DNA of 64,000 bases. Source: an uncultured Rikenellaceae bacterium (GTDB taxonomy: Bacteria; Bacteroidota; Bacteroidia; Bacteroidales; Rikenellaceae). A model generated the notes under the pieces. It did no database searches and had not been told where the DNA came from. It worked only from the letters and a program-made list of their open reading frames with translations. The stretch lies in NCBI GenBank assembly GCA_964371475.1, contig CAYJMA010000001.1:2999-66998 (forward strand). Direction: 5' to 3'. A program made the position numbers and the translations under genes. Positions 51,128 to 59,030 of the stretch are shown one piece after another. How positions within the stretch are numbered: the first letter of the stretch is position 1; every line of letters begins with the position of its first letter.

Positions 51128-51423
51128 AAAAGTGCACTTATTTCGGATGCAAAGGTATTATTATTATTATTATTTACAAAATTATATACAAAAAATTTTA
51201 TAAAAAATATGTAAAAGGAGTGTAGTAGCAGATTAGGCAGAGGTTGCCGCCAAGCAGAGCATCATCAGCCAAACCTATAAGAGACAATTGCAAAACAACT
51301 ATATGTTCGAGTAGCTCAAAGATTTTTAGCTCTTTTCTCGATTCAGGAATCGAGACTCGCTCATATCTGACACTATCTGAATAACAGTGAATTTACCCCA
51401 AAAAATATTGACTAACCACCGTG
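51128..51423. repeat. 296-bp direct repeat, copy 1 (appears identical to 55535-55830)
   Basis: Base-by-base reading shows the same 296 nt at both sites, with an offset of 4407 bp. The flanks diverge immediately on both sides. Confidence 0.9.
51150..51180 (-). promoter_or_regulatory. Canonical Bacteroides promoter (-33 TTTG, 19-nt spacer, -7 TACCTTTG) inside repeat copy 1
   Basis: The minus strand reads TTTG (51180-51177), then 19 nt, then TACCTTTG (51157-51150). The start codon of the glycine-zipper gene is at 51090. Confidence 0.6.
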
Positions 51424-51524
51424 CGGAGCTCTGAATTGGTTAATCGCCCGAGGGCATATATTGCGCACTTTATTGCCAAGAATCTTATGCATATCGGTGT
51501 TTGTGACAAGTGCTAAGTGCAGAT

Positions 51525-52018
51525 TTACTTTGATGTAGGCGTGCCGATAGATCTTATACGTTTCTTATACGCTTCCCAAATCATAGGATAGAAAATAGGA
51601 CTGCCACTCATTAAAACACTTCCTTTTGAGTCCACTAGAAATATATGTTTATGGGATCTTCTGGCAAGTTATTGTCCCTTTCAAAGTTGCCACTGGGATC
51701 AAAAATTATTGGGTGCGTAAACTTTAATAGCGTTATGTTTTGCTTTATCTCCACACTTTAAGAGTCAGCGTTTAGGATGTAAATAAAGCTAACGGGCAGA
51801 GAGTCCTTCGAGGCATTTTTCATAAGCCACTTCCACCTGCTTAGTTCTTTTATTCTACACGAAGCACATCCCTGAGCATCAAAATAAGCAACAATACGAT
51901 AGTTATTATCTACAACAATAGAATCATCAAAATGAATATTTGTGGGGATACTATTGTTTGATAAACAACTATTCATAATGCTGAGAAGCAGACCTATGAA
52001 AAACAATCTTACCCTCAT
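51525..52018 (-). pseudogene. Decayed thioredoxin-fold (TlpA/ResA-like) lipoprotein gene
   Basis: The 86-aa ORF (lipobox IMNSC, CASC motif) ends at an in-frame TAA (51758-51760). The same frame continues as SVEIKQNITLLKFTHPIIFDPSGNFERDNNLPEDPINIYF and then hits a stop. After a 1-nt frame change it reads VDSKGSVLMSGSPIFYPMIWEAYKKRIRSIGTPTSK*. Confidence 0.65.
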
Positions 52019-52020
52019 AA

Positions 52021-53043
52021 TTAAATTCCATATTTGGAGTCTAAGTATTCATATGTTTTAATTATTACGGAGTCCTCGTAGTGAGTGAGATAATCATTAT
52101 CAACATAGATGTCGGGCACTACACCTATGCCTTCCAGCGGAATCATACCTGGAGTTAAAACCCTCTCTACCGAGAATGTATATGTCCAGCCATTGGGCAA
52201 AATCCCACTAATGGGTGCAGAGTACGATCCACTCGTTGTAGCACCAATAAATGTACATTCGTCAAATTGCTTTGCACATAATAAAAAACGTTCCGATGCG
52301 CTCTGTGTTAGCTTATTAGTTAGTACAACAGTTACCTTGTCGCTGAGGCTATTTTCGTGGAGATAATTATGATGTGCTTGTGGTGGACTAAAATCGTTAC
52401 TACCTGCCCCAGTTTTCTTTTGCGTGTAATGTACAGTATTCTGATTCATCGCAAAATAAGATGCCAAATAAAAGGCATTATAGGTCATTCCGCCAGGGTT
52501 GGCTCTAAGGTCAATTATAATTGCATCGCACATAGAGACTTTGCTAAGCAACTTGTCAATATCACTAAGAGTATAGTTTCCCTCATCGAAAGTTGAAATG
52601 TGTATGTACCCGATATTTCGCACAAAATCATATATCCAATATAGTGCCCCATTAGAATTCATATCGTGCAGGGAATAACCAAGTGTGTACCCAACTTCCA
52701 CTATATCAAAACTATTAAAATCACTTATACTACCAGCTGAATTGAAATATTTCCTTGGGTGAAAACCATTGGGATTTGACATTGATACGTGTGCATCATT
52801 TAGGTGGCGCATCATCGATGACATAACGTCCCATAGGCTGTCCTGGCTTATACCATCAGTCACACGGGGGCGATAAACTTGGTAGAGGCTATCCCAGTTT
52901 ACACCTCTATCCTCAAAGACCGCATAGTGGGTATTCATTTCTTCCCAATAGGTCTCAAATACATCAAGGTTGGTCGTAGTCGGAGCTTTATAGCAACTCG
53001 ATGCAACAAAAAGCGTTGCAAGGCTGTAAAAAATCTTTTTCAT
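52021..53043 (-). CDS. S41-family peptidase lipoprotein
   Basis: 340 aa with lipobox FVASSC. S41 signature IIIDLRANPGGM and a downstream Ser/Lys region (TQSASERF). Confidence 0.75.
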   Translation of the reverse strand: MKKIFYSLATLFVASSCYKAPTTTNLDVFETYWEEMNTHYAVFEDRGVNWDSLYQVYRPRVTDGISQDSLWDVMSSMMRHLNDAHVSMSNPNGFHPRKYFNSAGSISDFNSFDIVEVGYTLGYSLHDMNSNGALYWIYDFVRNIGYIHISTFDEGNYTLSDIDKLLSKVSMCDAIIIDLRANPGGMTYNAFYLASYFAMNQNTVHYTQKKTGAGSNDFSPPQAHHNYLHENSLSDKVTVVLTNKLTQSASERFLLCAKQFDECTFIGATTSGSYSAPISGILPNGWTYTFSVERVLTPGMIPLEGIGVVPDIYVDNDYLTHYEDSVIIKTYEYLDSKYGI

Positions 53044-53825
53044 AATCTAAATCTCACTTTTGCCATTAGTGTGTTGTCGATGATAGATACAGCAGAGGGT
53101 TTTAAGTATTGTGTGGTACGAAGCTCATAACTCACGCCAACAGCCACGACATTTGATAACGCATAACAGTATTCAACTCCAAGATTCAAATCCCAGAATT
53201 GTCCTATTGTGGCGAAATCACCGCTAAAAAATTCACCAAGTATATACTCGCAATAATCATGTGGTTGATCGTCATAGTTGGGGAGACGACTATATGGTGG
53301 GCGAGAAACAAAGCCGAGCAGATGAAAATCAAGCCTCGTGGAAATATTGTTTCGATTGAAATTCCAGTTACCTTGGATAATTGGACGAAGACTGTGCGAG
53401 GCGATGTAGCTGTATAGCGAGAGTGTTCGTAGCGAAAAATCAATCCTCATCTGATACCCACCACCCGCAAGCATAGTGAAGTTGTTCCAATTTCCCACCT
53501 TTACGAGGTAATTTGCAAATAGGTTGAAGTTATAGTTATCTGTGGCGGTATATCTACTGGGCGCACTAATTTGACCAATTGCACCGCCGAAGCCAAATTC
53601 AATAACAGAACCACACTGCCAACTATATCCGGCCGAAATGGTGGTGGCAAAATCTGACTTTATATAGTTCAGAGGACTGAGTGTCTTATCGTGAAAGTAC
53701 CCAGCTCTATACCCTGTTCCCATATCAATGTTCCATCCTTTTGTCTGACTGAAACCTACAGTAGAGAGTAGCGTAAAGACGACTGTTGCTAAAAATCTCA
53801 TAAAAAATTTGTGCTGTATCTTCAT
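53040..53825 (-). CDS. Predicted outer-membrane beta-barrel protein of unknown function
   Basis: 261 aa with a signal peptide (..LLSTVGFSQ). Alternating hydrophobic/aromatic beta-strand pattern throughout. ATGA overlap with the S41 gene. Confidence 0.55.
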   Translation of the reverse strand: MKIQHKFFMRFLATVVFTLLSTVGFSQTKGWNIDMGTGYRAGYFHDKTLSPLNYIKSDFATTISAGYSWQCGSVIEFGFGGAIGQISAPSRYTATDNYNFNLFANYLVKVGNWNNFTMLAGGGYQMRIDFSLRTLSLYSYIASHSLRPIIQGNWNFNRNNISTRLDFHLLGFVSRPPYSRLPNYDDQPHDYCEYILGEFFSGDFATIGQFWDLNLGVEYCYALSNVVAVGVSYELRTTQYLKPSAVSIIDNTLMAKVRFRL

Positions 53826-53891
53826 TGCAAAGATACAAATTAATTTGGAGCTACTATTAATATAAATAAACCATTTCAGTCTTTGTTCATA

Positions 53892-54755
53892 CTAAATTAC
53901 TGTTATATCCCTAACTAATACAAATGTAAGGAGATTTGCTGTACTACCTGATAATTTATAAGTGGTCTCATCAACAGTGGTCTCGGCAATATTTCCTCTA
54001 AGTAATGTAAGATTAATTATTGCAGAATCCGGAATACCATCAAGCAACTTAGGATCTAAAACTACTTTCCCATTATCATTGGCGATAAACTCGGTTCTTC
54101 TTACACTGGATGACTCACAAGAGCCATCATACATAGTGCGTCCATCCCATTCTATAACAAGTAGTAGACCATTATTATTATCCATATCAGCATTCCAACT
54201 TACAGATAAATTTTTGTAATAACATAGTGGGTATAAATCTTCCTCAGTTGTAATTTTAGGAGAAGTAATAGTAATTTCTTCAGGTACATACATATTAATT
54301 GTTGTATCAGAACTACCTCCGCCCTTGGTTAAACTATTAGCGGTAAGCTTAAATTGAACGTTATTTCCATATAAACTATTGAAATCAATGTCATTAGCCT
54401 TTGCAACAGATCTTGTTGAACTATAACTATTAATAGTCACACCATTTACACTAATTATGCAATTCTGATTAGGCAGTGTGCCTCTAGTCAAAAGAGCAAG
54501 ATCAGGAATGGTAATCGCAGAATGTACGTTTTCTCCAATAGGAGTGTCTTTTACTGATTGGATTGACACTGTATAGTTGGCAGGAGAAAAATGCTTTTCA
54601 TACACACCTGCTGAATCTGAAATAAAGCTCTCCTCTACTATGGGGTCAATTTGAGTTTGCGATGTAAAATTATTATCTGCTGTGTCAACCTTAACTGACT
54701 GACAAGAGGTCGTGAAAAATACAGCGCATAGTATTGTGTAAATGTATATCTTCAT
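53892..54755 (-). CDS. Lipoprotein of unknown function (beta-rich)
   Basis: 287 aa with lipobox FFTTSC. No motif recognised. Confidence 0.55.
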   Translation of the reverse strand: MKIYIYTILCAVFFTTSCQSVKVDTADNNFTSQTQIDPIVEESFISDSAGVYEKHFSPANYTVSIQSVKDTPIGENVHSAITIPDLALLTRGTLPNQNCIISVNGVTINSYSSTRSVAKANDIDFNSLYGNNVQFKLTANSLTKGGGSSDTTINMYVPEEITITSPKITTEEDLYPLCYYKNLSVSWNADMDNNNGLLLVIEWDGRTMYDGSCESSSVRRTEFIANDNGKVVLDPKLLDGIPDSAIINLTLLRGNIAETTVDETTYKLSGSTANLLTFVLVRDITVI

Positions 54756-54780
54756 AACTATTTTATTGTTTTATTAATAT

Positions 54781-55482
54781 TTAGAATGCTATCATACTTA
54801 GAGTGCTTTTGTGTCTTTGCCTGTATTCATCTTCCACATAAATATCCCTGACAGGAACATCAGGATTAAGACGTGTAGTTCCATCCCAAAGAACATCTGT
54901 AATAAGCCTACCTGGTTTTGGGACAATATCATAACTGTATTGTGAGAAAACAAATTGATTACGCAGAGTAAGGTTAAACTCCCATTCTACATGTCGTTCC
55001 ATAGATTTTAGATGCTCGTGATCCTTCCAGGATTTAGACTTTATAAGAATTCTAATTGTGCTTGTGCCAGGAGTATAACCAACATTTTTGATTTCACAAA
55101 ACTGACCATTCTCGTGCGTGTTCATTTGCGTTGGAGACAAGATTGTCTTGACAGCCTCGCCTTCACAAGTAGCGGCACTAACTCGAATCTCCATTTTGGA
55201 TTGGTTTGCATAATTAAATAGTTCAGAAATAGTACCGCCGGTATAGGTGTTACTATATGTGTTTATTATGCCACTTGCACTCAAGGCTGACTTGCCAGCA
55301 GCAGATAAGGTCCAATCCTTATCATAAAATGTGACAGGAACATCCCTTAGTATTAAATTGTTGTGACTATTACTAAAAAAACTGCTACATTTTTCTCTTG
55401 TGCCTGTACATTTATTACTCATCAGTAATAAGCACGTAAACACACCAAGCATTAACAGAAATCCGGGTTTCATTCTTTTCAT
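54781..55482 (-). CDS. Secreted protein or lipoprotein of unknown function
   Basis: 233 aa with a hydrophobic signal containing Cys residues (GVFTCLLLMSNKC). First gene after repeat copy 2. Confidence 0.55.
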   Translation of the reverse strand: MKRMKPGFLLMLGVFTCLLLMSNKCTGTREKCSSFFSNSHNNLILRDVPVTFYDKDWTLSAAGKSALSASGIINTYSNTYTGGTISELFNYANQSKMEIRVSAATCEGEAVKTILSPTQMNTHENGQFCEIKNVGYTPGTSTIRILIKSKSWKDHEHLKSMERHVEWEFNLTLRNQFVFSQYSYDIVPKPGRLITDVLWDGTTRLNPDVPVRDIYVEDEYRQRHKSTLSMIAF

Positions 55483-55534
55483 AGTCGTGAATTATTAAAG
55501 TGATTAATATTAAAATAATAATGTAATTTGGAAT

Positions 55535-55830
55535 AAAAGTGCACTTATTTCGGATGCAAAGGTATTATTATTATTATTATTTACAAAATTATATACAAAA
55601 AATTTTATAAAAAATATGTAAAAGGAGTGTAGTAGCAGATTAGGCAGAGGTTGCCGCCAAGCAGAGCATCATCAGCCAAACCTATAAGAGACAATTGCAA
55701 AACAACTATATGTTCGAGTAGCTCAAAGATTTTTAGCTCTTTTCTCGATTCAGGAATCGAGACTCGCTCATATCTGACACTATCTGAATAACAGTGAATT
55801 TACCCCAAAAAATATTGACTAACCACCGTG
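55535..55830. repeat. 296-bp direct repeat, copy 2 (appears identical to 51128-51423)
   Basis: See copy 1. Confidence 0.9.
55557..55587 (-). promoter_or_regulatory. Canonical Bacteroides promoter (-33 TTTG / -7 TACCTTTG) inside repeat copy 2
   Basis: Same sequence as 51150-51180. The start codon of the 233-aa gene is at 55482. Confidence 0.6.
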
Positions 55831-55865
55831 TACTGGTCTCCCAGCACGGGTAAGGTTGTGTGGTG

Positions 55866-55907
55866 CAAAAAACAAAAAGGGTAGGGGGTGTATCTCCCCC
55901 TACCCTT
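55866..55907 (-). terminator. Intrinsic terminator of the ABC efflux operon
   Basis: A 12-bp perfect stem, AAGGGTAGGGGG (55877-55888) with CCCCCTACCCTT (55896-55907). On the minus strand it is followed by TTTTTGTTTTTT. Confidence 0.75.
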
Positions 55908-55945
55908 GTCCCAAATAGATTCTCACCTATATATATATATATTTA

Positions 55946-56626
55946 CTACATCTCTCCCTCGATGCTATCCACAATGTGACCATCAAGAAGGTTTACCACA
56001 CGGTGAGCATAACGGCTATCACGCTGAGAGTGAGTCACCATCACGATTGTCGAACCGCTTTGGTTTAACTCCGAGAGTAGCGCCATTACTTCTCTTCCGT
56101 TTTTAGTGTCGAGATTACCGGTGGGTTCGTCGGCAAGTACAATCTTCGGCTCGCTGACCACTGCCCGTGCAATAGCAACGCGTTGTTGCTGTCCTCCAGA
56201 TAGTTGCTGTGGGTAGTGCCCAGCACGGTGAGAAATTGCCATACGCTTGAGTATTGCATCGACACGAACTTTACGCTCCTTGGGAGGTACGCCAAGATAG
56301 ATGAGCGGAAGCTCCACGTTCTCGAATACCGAAAGTTCGTCAATAAGGTTGAAGCTCTGAAATATAAAGCCGATGTTACCCTTGCGGGTTGTTGAACGCT
56401 TACCCTCGCTGAGATTTCCGACCTCCTTGCCGTCGAGTATATAACTTCCTGAGGTCGCTCCGTCGAGGAGTCCGAGTATGTTCATAAAGGTCGATTTACC
56501 ACAACCGGATGGACCCATAATGGCTACAAACTCACCCTTCTCAATCTCAAGCGATACGCCGCCAAGTGCTACTGTTTCGATTTCTTCGGTACGAAAGATT
56601 TTCTCGATGTTTTTTACTTTAATCAT
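55946..56626 (-). CDS. ABC transporter ATP-binding protein (MacB/LolD type)
   Basis: 226 aa. Walker A GPSGCGKST, signature LSGGQQQRVAIARA and Walker B VLADEPTGNLD. Confidence 0.92.
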   Translation of the reverse strand: MIKVKNIEKIFRTEEIETVALGGVSLEIEKGEFVAIMGPSGCGKSTFMNILGLLDGATSGSYILDGKEVGNLSEGKRSTTRKGNIGFIFQSFNLIDELSVFENVELPLIYLGVPPKERKVRVDAILKRMAISHRAGHYPQQLSGGQQQRVAIARAVVSEPKIVLADEPTGNLDTKNGREVMALLSELNQSGSTIVMVTHSQRDSRYAHRVVNLLDGHIVDSIEGEM

Positions 56627-56667
56627 TGTCTTCTTAGGTTTTTAATTGTTAGTGTATTTATGTATAT

Positions 56668-58998
56668 TTATTCAGATTTTAAGGATTGTATCGGATTGCG
56701 GTTCGCAACGCTGTAACATTGGAAGGTTACCACGGCTATGACCAGTGTGGTAATCACCACAAATACTATCACAAAGACCCACCAGTATAGTGGCACTCGA
56801 TAGCTAAAACTCTCTAACCACCAGTTCGTACCCCACAGAGCAAGCGGTACTGCTACGACAAAACTCACAAGTAGAGTGGTTAGCACCGAGCGGTTGAATC
56901 TCACTAGCAGCCCCCATACTGTCGAACCATAGACTTTGCGTAGCGCGATCTCTTTGTAGCGATGCTGCATATCGAATAGCACCATTCCGAAGATTCCCAT
57001 TAGCGAGATTATAAACGTTACGATAGAAAATAGCGTTACAAGCTCTTCGTTGCTTTGCTCCTTGCCGTACATCTCCTCGATGTGTTGGTTCAGCGGTACT
57101 ATTCTGCGACTTTGGGCCTGAGAGTTTGCATCTAAGTCCTGTAATGTGTTGCGCAGGAGCTTCTCCACTTCACTATATTTTGCCGTAGGGCTTAGTCGCA
57201 TATAGAGTTGCTCGGCGTAGGGTTTGATATTTTCCGGAGTGGTGATAAATGCCATTGGAGCTACCACATCTCGTAGCGAGGAAGCGTGTACATCACCCAC
57301 AACGCCGACGACCTCCATATCAACTCCATCGATAATGTCTCCAACCTTGAGATCATATGCCTCTTGCATACTCTTGTTTATTATCACCTTGCCACCGCCC
57401 ATATCATCTCTAAATGCCTCACCCTCCAAGACCTCAATGCCCAGAACATCGAGCGTGTGGGCATCACAATACAGAGCGGTATAGCGCTTCTCTGCACCCT
57501 CTTTGTCCTTGGTGTATGACCACGCCGGGTATTCGTTCACAATGTTCCCCATCATTAGACTTGCATTTTCTATCATTGGGCTTTTTAGCAGCTCTTTTCT
57601 GAATGTTTCAAGGTTAAAGTTGGAGTTTTGTAGCGACATAGTTACCACCCTATCCCTGTCGAAGCCATAGTCATACTCTCTTAGGTAGTTGTTCTGCAGG
57701 ATAATAAACAGAGCAATCACCGCAAATACAAACGACACGACAAATTGCACAGCAGAGAGTCCAGCACGAAGCACTCTACCACTTTTTGAGCGTCCAAACG
57801 AGCCTTTGAGTACCAGCGTAGGTTTGAACTTGGTGATATAGAATGCAGGGAAGAGTCCTATAACAAGCCCAAGTAAGATGATTAATCCCACGCCAAGTAG
57901 CAGAGGGTAGAGCACCTCGGTTACGGAGATCGGCACGCGGAAGAGCTCTGCTATGTAGCTCTGCGAAGCGAGCTGGATCCACACCACGCTAATGGCATAG
58001 CTCAACAACATAAATAATAGTGCCTCGAATATAATATTTGCCCGAAGTGCCGCTACCGGTGCTCCAAAGACCTTGTTGATGTTCACCGCACGGATGCGAA
58101 TAGGTACAAGAGACATAAAGAAGTTCAGGTAGTTGATAATTGCAAGGGCAATGATAATAATGGCAATGATTATCGAGATAAGCGTTACTGTCATATTGCC
58201 CCCCATTGGGAAAATGGGAGAAAAATACTCCTCGCCTACCGCCTCAAAGCGCACTATGTCGTGAGTAAGCTCTGGCATCTGCAATTTTTCCTTGATGTCA
58301 TTACTCGTAAGCTCGATCATCTCTGCAAGCGCAGCGTTATGATCTACCCCTTCCTTTAGTTTGTAGTAGTATGAGAAGGACCAGTGCCCGAAGTCGTCAA
58401 TGAGCAGATCTCCTATATTTACAAGTGCCATATCGTTTATTCGGTTATTGGAGGGTAGTGGCTCATAGACTGCAACGACTCTTAGGGTATCACCACCGCA
58501 GAGGATTAGTTCACCGACGGGGGACTCCTCCACCTCGAATAGCTTTTGGCTAAGTGTGAGGGGTAGAATCACCGTGTTTTCGCTATTGAAGTCCTCGAAT
58601 CTGCCCTCTAAGCACTTCAGTCCGAAGGTCGAGGGTACTCCATACGAGGCTCTGTACGTTCCGTGTATAAACTCTTTATCAGAGTTCAAGCGATTAAAGA
58701 CAGGGTCGTTGAATCCGATGAAGGTGCCGTAGCTCTCCACGGCAGGGGAGGAGATGCCCAACTTTTCGCCCATAGGTCGTGAAACCGATGGCCAGTACTT
58801 ATCTGCATCAACGGAGCCAAGCACACGATAGATACGCTCGTGATCGGGAATCGAACGGTTGTATGAGAGCTCCCACCATACCTGCGAGGCGAGGATGATA
58901 AAGACCGCAAAGGCAATCGATAGTCCAAGGAGGTTGAGCACCGATGCGACTCTGAACCGCGTGAGCGTTACCCAAAAGTTTTTCAGTATGTTTTTCAT
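56668..58998 (-). CDS. FtsX/MacB-type ABC transporter permease
   Basis: The start was moved to MKNILKNFWVTLTRFRVASVLNLLGLS (58998), which parallels the N-terminus of the upstream paralog. The track's 68-aa extension overlaps that gene. Duplicated FtsX 4-TM modules with large periplasmic domains. Confidence 0.85.
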   Translation of the reverse strand: MKNILKNFWVTLTRFRVASVLNLLGLSIAFAVFIILASQVWWELSYNRSIPDHERIYRVLGSVDADKYWPSVSRPMGEKLGISSPAVESYGTFIGFNDPVFNRLNSDKEFIHGTYRASYGVPSTFGLKCLEGRFEDFNSENTVILPLTLSQKLFEVEESPVGELILCGGDTLRVVAVYEPLPSNNRINDMALVNIGDLLIDDFGHWSFSYYYKLKEGVDHNAALAEMIELTSNDIKEKLQMPELTHDIVRFEAVGEEYFSPIFPMGGNMTVTLISIIIAIIIIALAIINYLNFFMSLVPIRIRAVNINKVFGAPVAALRANIIFEALLFMLLSYAISVVWIQLASQSYIAELFRVPISVTEVLYPLLLGVGLIILLGLVIGLFPAFYITKFKPTLVLKGSFGRSKSGRVLRAGLSAVQFVVSFVFAVIALFIILQNNYLREYDYGFDRDRVVTMSLQNSNFNLETFRKELLKSPMIENASLMMGNIVNEYPAWSYTKDKEGAEKRYTALYCDAHTLDVLGIEVLEGEAFRDDMGGGKVIINKSMQEAYDLKVGDIIDGVDMEVVGVVGDVHASSLRDVVAPMAFITTPENIKPYAEQLYMRLSPTAKYSEVEKLLRNTLQDLDANSQAQSRRIVPLNQHIEEMYGKEQSNEELVTLFSIVTFIISLMGIFGMVLFDMQHRYKEIALRKVYGSTVWGLLVRFNRSVLTTLLVSFVVAVPLALWGTNWWLESFSYRVPLYWWVFVIVFVVITTLVIAVVTFQCYSVANRNPIQSLKSE

Positions 58999-59030
58999 TG
59001 ATTTGATAGTATTAATTCTATTGATACAGT

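Noticed and set aside
51300-51360. tRNA-like look of GTAGCTCAAAG and the TCTCGATTCAGGAATCGAGA hairpin inside the repeat
   Set aside because: The TAGCTC elements are direct, not inverted. The hairpin has an 8-bp stem and a 4-nt loop where a T-arm has 5 bp and 7 nt. No acceptor stem or anticodon arm can be drawn.
51128-51423. Possibility that the repeated promoter is an invertible (phase-variable) promoter of the kind found in Bacteroides capsule and fimbrial loci
   Set aside because: I could find no flanking inverted repeats bracketing the promoter. No site-specific recombinase gene is nearby, and the two copies are in direct orientation, not inverted.
50000-55900. Mobile element or integrated island with an integrase, transposase or att sites
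   Set aside because: No recombinase-like ORF, no tRNA target and no terminal inverted repeats were seen. Only compositional bias and the 296-bp direct repeat support an accessory origin.
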